From the human T2T-CHM13v2.0 reference genome, Homo sapiens, in the NCBI RefSeq assembly GCF_009914755.1, contig NC_060925.1: a stretch of DNA of 64,000 nucleotides. One strand, 5' to 3'. The notes under the pieces were generated by a model. It had not been told where the DNA came from. It made no database searches and saw only the letters and a program-made list of their open reading frames with translations. Position numbers and translations under genes: made by a program. Below are positions 13,250-28,719 of this stretch, one piece after another (within the stretch, counting starts at the first letter, position 1; each line of letters begins with the position of its first letter).

Positions 13250-16200
13250 TGGAATCACATGGAATCATCATCAAATGGAATAGAATGGAATCATCATCAA
13301 ATGGAATCTAATGGAATCATTGAACAGAATTGAATGGAATCGTCATCGAATGAATTGAATACAATCATCGAATGGTCTCGAATGCAATCATCTTCTAATG
13401 GAAAGGAATGGAATCATCGCATAGAATCGAATGGAATTAACATTGAATGGACTCGAATGTAATCAACATCAAACGGAATCAAGCGGAATTATCGAATGTA
13501 ATCGAAGAGAACCATCGAATGGACTCGAATGGAATCATCTAATGGAATGGAATGGAATAATCCACGGACTCGAATGCAATCATCATCGTATAGAATCGAA
13601 TGGAATCATTGAATGGACTCGAATGGAATAATCATTGAACGGAATCGAATGGAATCATCATCGGATGGAAACGAATGGAATTATCATCGAATGGAAATGA
13701 AAGGAGTCATCATCTAATGGAATCGCATGGAATCATCATAAAATGGAATCGAATGGAATCAACATCAAATGGAATCAAATGGAATCATTGAACGGAATTG
13801 AATGGAATCGTCATCGAATGAATTGAATGCAATCATCGAATGGTCTCGAATGGAATCATCTTCAAATGGAATGGAATGGAATCATCGCATAGAATCGAAT
13901 GGAATTATCATCGAATGGAATCGAAAGGTATCAACATCAAACGGAAAAAAACGGAATTATCGAATGGAATCGAAGAGAATCATCGAACGGACCCGAATGG
14001 AATCATCTAATGGAAAGGAATGGAATAATCCATGGACTCGAATCCAATCATCATCGAATGGAATCGAATGGAATCATTGAAAGGACTCTAATGGAATAAT
14101 CATTGAACAGAATCGAATGGAATCATCATCGAATGGAAACTAATGGAATCATCATCGAATGGAAATGAAAGGAGTCATCATCTAATGGAATTGCATGGAA
14201 TCATCATAAAATGGAATCGAATGGAATCAACATCAAATGGAATGAAATGGAATCATTGAACGGAATTGAATGGAATCTTCATCGAATGAATTGAATGCAA
14301 TCATCGAATGGTCTCGAATGGAATCATCTTCAAATGGAATGGAATGGAATCATCGCATAGAATCGAATGGAATTATCATCGAATGGAATCGAATGGTATC
14401 AACATCAAACGGAAAAAAACGGAATTATCGAATGGAATCGAAGAGAATCATCGAACGGACCCGAATGGAATCATCTAATGGAATGGAATGGAATAATCCA
14501 TGGACTCGAATGCAATCATCATCGAATGGAATCGAGTGGAATCATCGAATGGACTCCAATGGAATAATCATTGAACGGAATCGAATGGAATCATCATCGG
14601 ATGGAAATGAATGGAATCATCATCGAATGGAATCGAATAGAATTATGGAATGAAATCCAGTGTGATCATCATCGAATGGACCCGAAAGGAATCATCATCC
14701 AACGGAATCTAATGGAATCAACATCGAATGAATCGAATGGAAACACCATCGAATTGAAACGAATGGAATTATCATGAAATTGAAATGGATGGACTCATCA
14801 TCGAATGGATTCGAATGGAATCATCGAATAAAATTGATTGAAATCATCATCAAATGGAATCGAATGGTATCATTGAATGGAATCGAATGGAATCATCATC
14901 AGATGGAAATGAATGGAATCGTCATAGAATGGAATCGAATGGATTCATTGAATGGAATCAGATGGAATCATCGAATGGACTGGAATGGAATCATTGAATG
15001 GACTCGAAAGGGATCATTATTGAATGGAATTGAATGGAATCATCGAATGGTCTCGATTGGAATCATTATCAAATGGAATCGAATGGAATCACCGAATAGA
15101 ATCGAATGGAACAATCATCGAATGGAGTCAAATGGAATTATCCTCAAATGGAATCGAATGGAATTATCGAATGCAATCGAATGGAATTATCGAATGCAAT
15201 CGAATAGAATCATCGAATGGACTCGAATGGAATCATCGAATGGAATGGAATGGAACAGTCAATGAACTCGAATGGAATCATCATTGAATGGAATCGAATG
15301 GAATCATCGAGTGGAATCGAATGGAATTATGATCAAATGGAATCGAATGTAATCATCATCAAATGGAATCAAAAATAACCATCATCAATTGGTATTGAAT
15401 GGAATTGTCATCAAATGGAATTCAAAGGAATCATCATCAAATGGAACCGAATGCAATCCTCATTGAATGGAAATGAAAGGGGTCATCATCTAATGGAATC
15501 CCATGGAATCATCATCAAATGGAATCGAATGGAATCATCATCAAATGGAATCTAATGGAATCCTTGAACAGAATTGAATGGAATCGTCATCAAATGAATT
15601 GAATGCAATCATCGAATGGTCTCGAATGCAATCATCTTCTAATGGAAAGGAATGGAATCATCGCATAGAATCGAATGGAATTAACATTGAATGGACTCGA
15701 ATGGAATCAACATCAAACGGAATCAAGCGGAATTATAGAATGTATTCGAAGAGAACCATCGAATGGACTCGAATGGAATCATCTAATGGAATGGAATGGA
15801 ATAATCACCGGACTCGAATGCAATCATCATCGTATAGAATCGAATGGAATCATTGAATGGACTCGAATGGAATAATCATTGAACGGAATCGAATGGAATC
15901 ATCATCGGATGGAAACGAATGGAATTATCATCGAATGGAAATGAAAGGAGTCATCATCTAAGGGAATCGCATGGAATCATCATAAAATGGAATAGAATGG
16001 AATCAACATCAAATGGAATCAAATGGAATCATTGAACGGAATTGAATGGAATCGTCATCGAATGAATTGAATGCAATCATCGAATGGTCTCGAATGGAAT
16101 CATCTTCAAATGGAATGGAATGGAATCATTGCATAGAATCGAATGGAATTATCATCGAATGGAATCGAAAGGTATCAACATCAAACGGAAAAAAACGGAA

Positions 16201-19200
16201 TTATCGAATGGAATCGAAGAGAATCATCGAACGGACCCGAATGGAATCATCTAATGGAAAGGAATGGAATAATCCATGGACTCGAATCCAATCATCATCG
16301 AATGGAATCGAATGGAATCATTGAAAGGACTCTAATGGAATAATCATTGAACGGAATCGAATGGAATCATCATCGAATGGAAACTAATGGAATCATCATC
16401 GAATGGAAATGAAAGGAGTCATCATCTAATGGAATTGCATGGAATCATCATAAAATGGAATCGAATGGAATCAACATCAAATGGAATGAAATGGAATCAT
16501 TGAACGGAATTGAATGGAATCTTCATCGAATGAATTGAATGCAATCATCGAATGGTCTCGAATGGAATCATCTTCAAATGGAATGGAATGGAATCATCGC
16601 ATAGAATCGAATGGAATTATCATCAAATGGTATCAACATCAAACGGAAAAAAACGGAATTATCGAATGGAATCGAAGAGAATCATCGAACGGACCTGAAT
16701 GGAATCATCTAATGGAATGGAATGGAATAATCCATGGACTCGAATGCAATCATCATCGAATGGAATCGAGTGGAATCATCGAATGGACTCGAATGGAATA
16801 ATCATTGAACGGAATCGAATGGAATCATCATCGGATGGAAATGAATGGAATCATCATCGGATGGAAATGAATGGAATCATCATCGAATGGAATTGAATAG
16901 AATTATGGAATGAAATCCAGTGTGATCATCATCGAATGGACCCGAATGGAATCATCATCCAACGGAAGCTAATGGAATCAACATCGAATAAATCGAATGG
17001 AAACACCATCGAATTGAAACGAATGGAATTATCATGAAATTGAAATGGATGGACTCATCATCGAATGGATTCGAATGGAATCATCGTATAAAATTGATTG
17101 AAATCATCATCCAATGGAATCGAATGGTATCATTGAATGGAATCGAATGGAATCATCATCAGATGGAAATGAATGGAATCGTCATAGAATGGAATCGAAT
17201 GGATTCATTGAATGGAATCAGATGGAATCATCGAATGGACTGGAATGGAATCATTGAATGGACTCGAAAGGGATCATTATTGAATGGAATTGAATGGAAT
17301 CATCGAATGGTCTCGATTGGAATCATTATCAAATGGAATCGAATGGAATCACCGAATAGAATCGAATGGAATAATCATCGAATGGAGTCAAATGGAATTA
17401 TCCTCAAATGGAATCGAATGGAATTATCGAATGCAATCGAATGGAATTATCGAATGCAATCGAATAGAATCATCGAATGGACTCGAATGGAATCATCGAA
17501 TGGAATGGAATGGAACAGTCAATGAACTCGAATGGAATCATCATTGAATGGAATCGAATGCAATCATCGAGTGGAATCGAATGGAATTATGATCAAATGC
17601 AATCGAATGTAATCATCATCAAATGGAATCAAAAATAACCATCATCAATTGGTATTGAATGGAATTGTCATCAAATGGAATTCAAAGGAATCATCATCAA
17701 ATGGAACCGAATGGAATCCTCATTGAATGGAAATGAAAGGGGTCATCATCTAATGGAATCGCATGGAATCATCATCAAATGGAATCGAATGGAATCATCA
17801 TCAAATGGAATCTAATGGAATCATTGAACAGAATTGAATGGAATCGTCATCGAATGAATTGAATGCAATCATCGAATGGTCTCGAATGGAATCATCTTCT
17901 AATGGAAAGGAATGGAATCATCGCATAGGATCGAATGCAATTATCATCGAATGGAATCGAATGGTATCAACACCAAACGGAAAAAAACGGAATTATCGAA
18001 TGGAATCGAAGAGAATCTTCGAACGGACCCGAATGGAATCATCTAATAGAATGGAATGGAATAATCCATGGACTCGAATGCAATCATCATCGAATGGAAT
18101 CAAATGGAATCATCGAATGGACTCGAATGGAATAATCATTGAACGGAATCGAATGGAATCATCATCGGATGGAAACGAATGGAATCATCATCGAATGGAA
18201 ATGAAAGGAGTCATCATCTAATGGAATTGCATGGAATCATCATAAAATGGAATCGAATGGAATCAACATCAAATGGAATCAAATGGAATCATTGAACGGA
18301 ATTGAATGAAATCATCATCGAATGAATTGAATGCAATCATCGAATGGTCTCGAATGGAATCATCTTCAAATGGAATGGAATGGAATCATCGCATAGAATC
18401 GAATGGAATTATCATCGAATGGAATCGAATGGTATCAACATCAAACGGAAAAAAACGGAATTATCGAATGGAATCGAAGAGAATCATCGAACGGACCCGA
18501 ATGGAATCATCTAATGGAATGGAATGGAATAATCCATGGACTCGAATGCAATCATCATCGAATGGAATCGAATGGAATCATCGAATGGACTCAAATGGAA
18601 TAATCATTGAACGGAATCGAATGGAATCATCATCGGATGGAAATGAATGGAATCATCATTGAATGGAATCGAATAGAATTATGGAATGAAATCCAGTGTG
18701 ATCATCATCGAATGGACCCGAATTGAATCAACATCCAACGGAAGCTAATGGAATCAACATCGAATGAATCGAATGGAAACACCATCGAATTGAAACGAAT
18801 GGAATTATCATGAAATTGAAATGGATGGACTCATCATCGAATGGATTCGAATGGAATCATCGAATAAAATTGATTGAAATCATCATCAAATGGAATCGAA
18901 TGGTATCATTGAATGGAATCGAATGGAATCATCATCAGATGGAAATGAATGGAATCGACATAGAATGGAATCGAATGTATTCATTGAATGGAATCAGATG
19001 GAATCATCGAATGGACTGGAATGGAATCATTGAATGTACTCGAAAGGGATCATGATTGAATGGAATTGAATGGAATCATCGAATGGTCTCGATTGGAATC
19101 ATTATCAAATGGAATCGAATGGAATCACCGAATAGAATCGAATGGAACAGTCATCGCATGGACTCAAATGGAATTATCCTCAAATGGAATCGAATGGAAT

Positions 19201-22200
19201 TATCGAATGCAATCGAATGGAATTATCGAATGCAATCGAATAGAATCATCGAATGGACTCGAATGGAATCATCGAATGGAATGGAATGGAACAGTCAATG
19301 AACTCGAATGGAATCATCATTGAATGGAATCGAATGGAATCATCGAGTGGAATCGAATGGAATTATGATCAAATGGAATCGAATGTAATCATCATCAAAT
19401 GGAATCAAAGATAACCATCATCAATTGGTATTGAATGGAATTGTCATCAAATGGAATTCAAAGGAATCATCACCAAATGGAACCGAAAGGAATCCTCATT
19501 GAATGGAAATGAAAGGGGTCATCATCTAATGGAATCGCATGGAATCATCATCAAATGGAATCGAATGGAATCATCATCAGATGGAATCTAATGGAATCAT
19601 TGAACAGAATTGAATGGAATCGTCATCGAATGAATTGAATGCAATCATCGAATGGTCTCGAATGGAATCATCTTCTAATGGAAAGGAATGGAATCATCGC
19701 ATAGAATCGAATGGAATTAACATTGAATGGACTCGAATGGAATCAACATCAAACGGAATCAAGCGGAATTATAGAATGGAATCGAAGAGAATCATCGAAT
19801 GGACTCGAATGGAATCATCTAATGGAATGGAATGGAATAATCCACGGACTCGAATGCAACCACCATCGTATAGAATCGAATGGAAACATCGAATGGAATC
19901 ATCGAATGGACTCGAATGGAATAATCATTGAACGGAATCGAATGGAATCATCATCGGATGGAAACGAATGGAATCATCATCGAATGGAAATGAAAGGAGT
20001 CATCTAATGGAATTGCATGGAATCATCATCAAATGGAATCGAATGGAATCAACATAAAATGGAATCAAATGGAATCATTGAACGGAATTGAATGTAATCG
20101 TCGTCGAATGAATTGAATGCAATCATCGAATGGTCTCGAATGGAATCATCTTCAAATGGAATGGAATGGAATCATCGCATAGAATCGAATGGAATTATCA
20201 TCGAATGGAATCGAAAGGTATCAACATCAAACGGAAAAAAACGGAATTATCGAATGGAATCGAAGAGAATCATCGAACGGACTCGAATGGAATCATCTAA
20301 TGGAAAGGAATGGAATAATCCATGGACTCGAATCCAATCATCATCGAATGGAATCGAATGGAATCATTGAAAGGACTCTAATGGAATAATCATTGAAGGG
20401 AATCGAATGGAATCATCATCGAATGGAAACTAATGGAATCATCATCGAATGGAAATGAAAGGAGTCAACATCTAATGGAATTGCATGGAATCATCATAAA
20501 ATGGAATCGAATGGAATCAACATCAAATGGAATGAAATGGAATCATTGAACGGTATTGAATGGAATCTTCATCGAATGAATTGAATGCAATCATCGAATG
20601 GTCTCGAATGGAATCATCTTCAAATGGAATGGAATGGAATCATCGCATAGAATCGAATGGAATTATCATCAAATGGTATCAACATCAAACGGAAAAAAAC
20701 GGAATTATCGAATGGAATCGAAGAGAATCATCGAACGGACCCGAATGGAATCATCTAATGGAATGGAATGGAATAATCCATGGACTCGAATGCAATCATC
20801 ATCGAATGGAATCGAGTGGAATCATCGAATGGACTCGAATGGAATAATCATTGAACGGAATCGAATGGAATCATCATCGGATGGAAATGAATGGAATCAT
20901 CATCGAATGGAATCGAATAGAATTATGGAATGAAATCCAGTGTGATCATCATCGAATGGACCCGAATGGAATCATCATCCAACGGAAGCTAATGGAATCA
21001 ACATCGAATGAATCGAATGGAAACACCATCGAATTGAAACGAATGGAATTATCATGAAATTGAAATGGATGGACTCATCATCGAATGGATTCGAATGGAA
21101 TCATCGAATAAAATTGATTGAAATCATCATCAAATGGAATCGAATGGTATCATTGAATGGAATCGAATGGAATCATCATCAGATGGAAATGAATGGAATC
21201 GTCATAGAATGGAATCGAATGGATTCATTGAATGGAATCAGATGGAATCATCGAATGGACTGGAATGGAATCATTGAATGGACTCGAAAGAGATCATTAT
21301 TGAATGGAATTCAATGGAATCATCGAATGGTCTCGATTGGAATCATTACCAAATGGAATCGAATGGAATCACCGAAAAGAATCGAATGGAACAATCATCG
21401 AATGGAGTCAAATGGAATTAACCTAAAATGGAATCGAATGGAATTATCGAATGCACTCGAATGGAATTATCAAATGCATTCGAATAGAATCATCGAATGG
21501 ACTCGAATGGAATCATCGAATGGAATGGAATGGAACAGTCAATGAACTCGAATGGTATCATCATTGAATGGAATCGAATGGAATTATGATCAAATGGAAT
21601 CGAATGTAATCATCAACAAATGGAATCAAAAATAACCATCATCAATTGGTATTGAATGGAATTGTCATCAAATGGAATTCAAAGGAATCATCATCAAATG
21701 GAACCGAATGCAATCCTCATTGAATGGAAATGAAAGGGGTCATCATCTAATGGAATCGCATGGAATCATCATCCAATGGAATCGAATGGAATCATCATCA
21801 AATGGAATCTAATGGAATCATTGAACAGAATTGAATGGAATCGTCATCGAATGAATTGAATGCAATCATCGTATGGTCTCGAATGGAATCATCTTCTAAT
21901 GGAAAGGAATGGAATCATCGCATAGAATCGAATGGAATTAACATTGAATGGACTCGAATGGAATCAACATCAAACGGAATCAAGCGGAATTATCGAATGT
22001 AATCGAAGAGAATCATCGAATGTACTCGAATGGAATCTTCTAATGGAATGGATTGGAATAATCCACGGACTCGAATGCAATCATCAACGTATAGAATTGA
22101 ATGGAATCATTGAATGGACTCGAATGGAATAATCATTGAACTGAATCGAATGGAATCATCATCGAATGGAAACGAATGGAATCATCATCGAATGGAAATG

Positions 22201-22460
22201 AAAGGAGTCATCATCTAATGCAATTGCATGGAATCATCATAAAATGGAATTGAATGGAATCAACATCAAATGGAATCAAATGGAATCATTGAACGGAATT
22301 GAATGGTATCGTCATCGAATGAATTGAATGCAATCATCGAATGGTCTCGAATGGAATCATCTTCAAATGGAATGGAATGGAATCATCGCATAGAATCGAA
22401 TGGAATTATCATCGAATGGAATTGAATGGAAACAACATCAAACGGAAAAAAACGGATTAT
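13250..22460 (+). repeat. Diverged HSat2 sub-array; three of its units carry three 468-bp sub-repeats
   Basis: Units of 2235, 2260, 1776, 2244 and 1752 bp. Markers include AATTAACATTGAATGGACTCG...GGAATCAAGCGG (~13437, 15681, 19717, 21938), CATTGAAAGGACTCTA (~14076, 16320, 20366) and GGAAACTAATGG, plus many singleton substitutions. Boundaries are approximate. Confidence 0.85.
16825..16876 (+). repeat. Exact tandem duplication of one 26-bp monomer (TCATCATCGGATGGAAATGAATGGAA x2)
   Basis: Read directly; explains 2260 = 1776+468-10+26. Confidence 0.9.
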
Positions 22461-22805
22461 CGAATGGAATCGAAGAGAATCATCGAATGGACCCGAATGG
22501 AATCATCTAATGGAATGGAATGGAATAATCCATGGACTCGAATGCAATCATCATCGAATGGAATCGAATGGAATCATCGAATGGACTCGAATGGAATAAT
22601 CATTGAACGGAAACGAATGGAATCATCATCGGATGGAAATGAATGGAATCATCATCGAATGGAATCGAATAGAATTATGGAATGAAATCCAGTGTGATCA
22701 TCATCGAATGGACCCGAATGGAATCATCATCCAACGGAAGCTAATGGAATCAACATCGAATGAATCGAATGGAAACACCTTCGAATTGAAACGAATGGAA
22801 TTATC

Positions 22806-25800
22806 ATGAAATTGAAATGGATGGACTCATCATCGAATGGATTCGAATGGAATCATCGAATAAAATTGATTGAAATCATCATCGAATGGAATCGAATGGT
22901 ATCATTGAATGGAATCGAATGGAATCATCATCAGATGGAAATGAATGGAATCGTCATAGAATGGAATCGAATGGATTCATTGAATGGAATCAGATGGAAT
23001 CATCGAATGGACTGGAATGGAATCATTGAATGGACTCGAAAGGGATCATGATTGAATGGAATTGAATGGAATCATCGAATGGTCTCGATTGGAATCATTA
23101 TCAAATGGAATCGAATGGAATCACCGAATAGAATCGAATGGAACAATCATCGAATGGACTCAAATGGAATTATCCTCAAATGGAATCGAATGGAATTATC
23201 GAATGCAATCGAATGGAATTATCGAATGCAATCGAATAGAATCATCGAATGGACTCGAATGGAATCATCGAATGGAATGGAATGGAACAGTCAATGAACT
23301 CGAATGGAATCATCATTGAATGGAATCGAATGGAATCATCGAGTGGAATCGAATGGAATTATGATCAAATGGAATCGAATGTAATCATCATCAAATGGAA
23401 TCAAAAATAACCATCATCAATTGGTATTGAATGGAATTGTCATCAAATGGAATTCAAAGGAATCATCATCAAATGGAACCGAATGGAATCCTCATTGAAT
23501 GGAAATGAAAGGGGTCATCATCTAATGGAATCGCATGGAATCATCATCAAATGGAATCGAATGGAATCATCATCAAATGGAATCTAATGGAATCATTGAA
23601 CAGAATTGAATGGAATGGTCATCGAATGAATTGAATGCAATCATCGAATGGTCTCGAATGGAATCATCTTCTAATGGAAAGGAATGGAATCATCGCATAG
23701 AATCGAATGGAATTATCATCGAATGGAATCGAATGGTATCAACACCAAACGGAAAAAAACGGAATTATCGAATGGAATCGAAGAGAATCTTCGAACGGAC
23801 CCGAATGGAATCATCTAATGGAATGGAATGGAACAATCCATGGACTCGAATGCAATCATCATCGAATGGAATCGAATGGAATCATCGAATGGACTCGAAT
23901 GGAATAATCATTGAACGGAATCGAATGGAATCATCATCGGATGGAAACGAATGGAATCATCATCGAATGGAAATGAAAGGAGTCATCATCTAATGGAATT
24001 GCATGGAATCATCATAAAATGGAATCGAATGGAATCAACATCAAATGGAATCAAATGGAATCATTGAACGGAATTGAATGGAATCGTCATCGAATGAATA
24101 GACTGCAATCATCGAATGGTCTCGGAATCATCTTCAAATGGAATGGAATGGAATCATCGCATAGAATCGAATGGAATTATCATCGAATGGAATCGAATGG
24201 AATCAACATCAAACGGAAAAAAACGGAATTATCGGATGGAATCGAAGAGAATCATCGAATGGACCCGAATGGAATCATCTAATGGAATGGAATGGAATAA
24301 TCCATGGACTCGAATGCAATCATCATCGAATGGAATCGAATGGAATCATCGAATGGACTCGAATGGAATAATCATTGAACGGAATCGAATGGAATCATCA
24401 TCGGATGGAAATGAATGGAATCATCATCGAATGGAATCGAATAGAATTATGGAATGAAATCCAGTGTGATCATCATCGAATGGACCCGAATGGAATCATC
24501 ATCCAACGGAAGCTAATGGAATCAACATCGAATGAATCGAATGGAAACACCATCGAATTGAAACGAATGGAATTATCATGAAATTGAAATGGATGGACTC
24601 ATCATCGAATGGATTCGAATGGAATCATCGAATAAAATTGATTGAAATCATCATCGAATGGAATCGAATGGTATCATTGAATGGAATCGAATGGAATCAT
24701 CATCAGATGGAAATGAATGGAATCGTCATAGAATGGAATCGAATGGATTCATTGAATGGAATCAGATGGAATCATCGAATGGACTGGAATGGAATCATTG
24801 AATGGACTCGAAAGGGTTCATGATTGAATGGAATTGAATGGAATCATCGAATGGTCTCGATTGGAATCATTATCAAATGGAATCGAATGGAATCACCGAA
24901 TAGAATCGAATGGAACAATCATCGAATGGACTCAAATGGAATTATCCTCAAATGGAATCGAATGGAATTATCGAATGCAATCGAATGGAATTATCGAATG
25001 CAATCGAATAGAATCATCGAATGGACTCGAATGGAATCATCGAATGGAATGGAATGGAACAGTCAATGAACTCGAATGGAATCATCATTGAATGGAATCG
25101 AATGGAATCATCGAGTGGAATCGAATGGAATTATGATCAAATGGAATCGAATGTAATCATCATCAAATGGAATCAAAAATAACCATCATCAATTGGTATT
25201 GAATGGAATTGTCATCAAATGGAATTCAAAGGAATCATCATCAAATGGAACCGAATGGAATCCTCATTGAATGGAAATGAAAGGGGTCATCATCTAATGG
25301 AATCGCATGGAATCATCATCAAATGGAATCGAATGGAATCATCATCAAATGGAATCTAATGGAATCATTGAACAGAATTGAATGGAATGGTCATCGAATG
25401 AATTGAATGCAATCATCGAATGGTCTCCAATGGAATCATCTTCTAATGGAAAGGAATGGAATCATCGCATAGAATCGAATGGAATTATCATCGAATGGAA
25501 TCGAATGGTATCAACACCAAACGGAAAAAAACGGAATTATCGAATGGAATCGAAGAGAATCTTCGAACGGACCCGAATGGAATCATCTAATGGAATGGAA
25601 TGGAACAATCCATGGACTCGAATGCAATCATCATCGAATGGAATCGAATGGAATCATCGAATGGACTCGAATGGAATAATCATTGAACGGAATCGAATGG
25701 AATCATCATCGGATGGAAACGAATGGAATCATCATCGAATGGAAATGAAAGGAGTCATCATCTAATGGAATTGCATGGAATCATCATAAAATGGAATCGA

Positions 25801-26349
25801 ATGGAATCAACATCAAATGGAATCAAATGGAATCATTGAACGGAATTGAATGGAATCGTCATCGAATGAATAGACTGCAATCATCGAATGGTCTCGGAAT
25901 CATCTTCAAATGGAATGGAATGGAATCATCGCATAGAATCGAATGGAATTATCATCGAATGGAATCGAATGGAATCAACATCAAACGGAAAAAAACGGAA
26001 TTATCGAATGGAATCGAAGAGAATCATCGAATGGACCCGAATGGAATCATCTAATGGAATGGAATGGAATAATCCATGGACTCGAATGCAATCATCATCG
26101 AATGGAATCGAATGGAATCATCGAATGGACTCGAATGGAATAATCATTGAACGGAATCGAATGGAATCATCATCGGATGGAAATGAATGGAATCATCATC
26201 GAATGGAATCGAATAGAATTATGGAATGAAATCCAGTGTGATCATCATCGAATGGACCCGAATGGAATCATCATCCAACGGAAGCTAATGGAATCAACAT
26301 CGAATGAATCGAATGGAAACACCATCGAATTGAAACGAATGGAATTATC
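22806..26349 (+). repeat. Tandem pair of 1,772-bp variant units (J J) with a 4-bp deletion
   Basis: GGTCTCGGAATC (AATG lost) at ~24123 and ~25895. Both units share GAATAGACTGC, GGAATGGTCATC and GGAACAATCC. Confidence 0.9.
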
Positions 26350-28719
26350 ATGAAATTGAAATGGATGGACTCATCATCGAATGGATTCGAATGGAATCAT
26401 CGAAAGAATTGATTGAAATCATCATCCAATGGAATCGAATGGTATCATTGAATGGAATCGAATGGAATCATCATCAGATGGAAATGAATGGAATCGTCAT
26501 AGAATGGAATCGAATGGATTCATTGAATGGAATCAGATGGAATCATCGAATGGACTGGAATGGAATCATTGAATGGACTCGAAAGGGATCATGATTGAAT
26601 GGAATTGAATGGAATCATCGAATGGTCTCGATTGGAATCATTATCAAATGGAATCGAATGGAATCACCGAATAGAATCGAATGGAACAATCATCGAATGG
26701 ACTCAAATGGAATTATCCTCCAATGGAATCGAATGGAATTATCGAATGCAATCGAATGGAATTATCGAATGCAATCGAATAGAATCATCGAATGGACTCG
26801 AATGGAATCATCGAATGGAATGGAATGGAACAGTCAATGAACTCGAATGGAATCATCATTGAATGGAATCGAATGGAATCATCGAGTGGAATCGAATGGA
26901 ATTATGATCAAATGGAATCGAATGTAATCATCATCAAATGGAATCAAAAATAACCATCATCAATTGGTATTGAATGGAATTGTCATCAAATGGAATTCAA
27001 AGGAATCATCATCAAATGGAACCGAATGGAATCCTCATTGAATGGAAATGAAAGGGGTCATCATCTAATGGAATCGCATGGAATCATCATCAAATGGAAT
27101 CGAACGGAATCATCATCAAATGGAATCTAATGGAATCATTGAACAGAATTGAATGGAATCGTCATCGAATGAATTGAATGCAATCATCGAATGGTCTCGA
27201 ATGGAATCATCTTCTAATGGAAAGGAATGGAATCATCGCATAGAATCGAATGGAATTATCATCGAATGGAATCGAATGGTATCAACACCAAACGGAAAAA
27301 AACGGAATTATCGAATGGAATCGAAGAGAATCTTCGAACGGACCTGAATGGAATCATCTAATGGAATGGAATGGAATAATCCATGGACTCGAATGCAATC
27401 ATCATCGAATGGAATCGAATGGAATCATCGAATGGACTCGAATGGAATAATCATTGAACGGAATCGAATGGAATCATCATCGGATGGAAACGAATGGAAT
27501 CATCATCGAATGGAAATGAAAGGAGTCATCATCTAATGGAATTGCATGGAATCATCATAAAATGGAATCGAATGGAATCAACATCAAATGGAATCAAATG
27601 GAATCATTGAACGGAATTGAATGGAATCGTCATCGAATGAATTGACTGCAATCATCGAATGGTCTCGAATGGAATCATCTTCAAATGGAATGGAATGGAA
27701 TCATCGCATAGAATCGAATGGAAGTATCATCGAATGGAATCGAATGGAATCAACATCAAACGGAAAAAAACGGAATTATCGAATGGAATCGAAGAGAATC
27801 ATCGAATGGACCCGAATGGAATCATCTAATGGAATGGAATGGAATAATCCATGGACTCGAATGCAATCATCATCGAATGGAATCGAATGGAATCATCGAA
27901 TGAACTCGAATGGAATCATCATTGAATGGAATCGAATGGAATCATCGAGTGGAATCGAATGGAATTATGATCAAATGGAATCGAATGTAATCATCATCAA
28001 ATGGAATCAAAAATAACCATCATCAATTGGTATTGAATGGAATTGTCATCAAAAGGAATTCAAAGGAATCATCATCAAATGGAACCGAATGGAATCCTCA
28101 TTGAATGGAAATGAATGGGGTCATCATCTAATGGAATCGCATGGAATCATCATCAAATGGAATCGAATGGAATCATCATCAAATGGAATCTAATGGAATC
28201 ATTGAACAGAATTGAATGGAATCGTCATCGAATGAATTGAATGCAATCATCGAATGGTCTCGAATGGAATCATCTTCTAATGGAAAGGAATGGAATCATC
28301 GCATAGAATCGAATGGAATTATCATCGAATGGAATCGAATGGTATCAACACCAAACGGAAAAAAACGGAATTATCGAATGGAATCGAAGAGAATCTTCGA
28401 ACGGACCCGAATGGAATCATCTAATGGAATGGAATGGAATAATCCATGGACTCGAATGCAATCATCATCGAATGGAATCGAATGGAATCATCGAATGGAC
28501 TCGAATGGAATAATCATTGAACGGAAACGAATGGAATCATCATCGGATGGAAATGAATGGAATCATCATCGAATGGAATCGAATAGAATTATGGAATGAA
28601 ATCCAGTGTGATCATCATCGAATGGACCCGAATGGAATCATCATCCAACGGAAGCTAATGGAATCAACATCGAATGAATCGAATGGAAACACCATCGAAT
28701 TGAAACGAATGGAATTATC
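26350..28719 (+). repeat. Variant unit D, 2,370 bp (also 39038-41407; 2,371 bp at 56349-58719)
   Basis: Same 713-bp-deletion junction as unit C (~27900), with one 468-bp sub-repeat fewer. Markers GACCTGAATG, GGAAGTATC, CAAAAGGAATTC, GAATGGGGTC. Confidence 0.9.
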
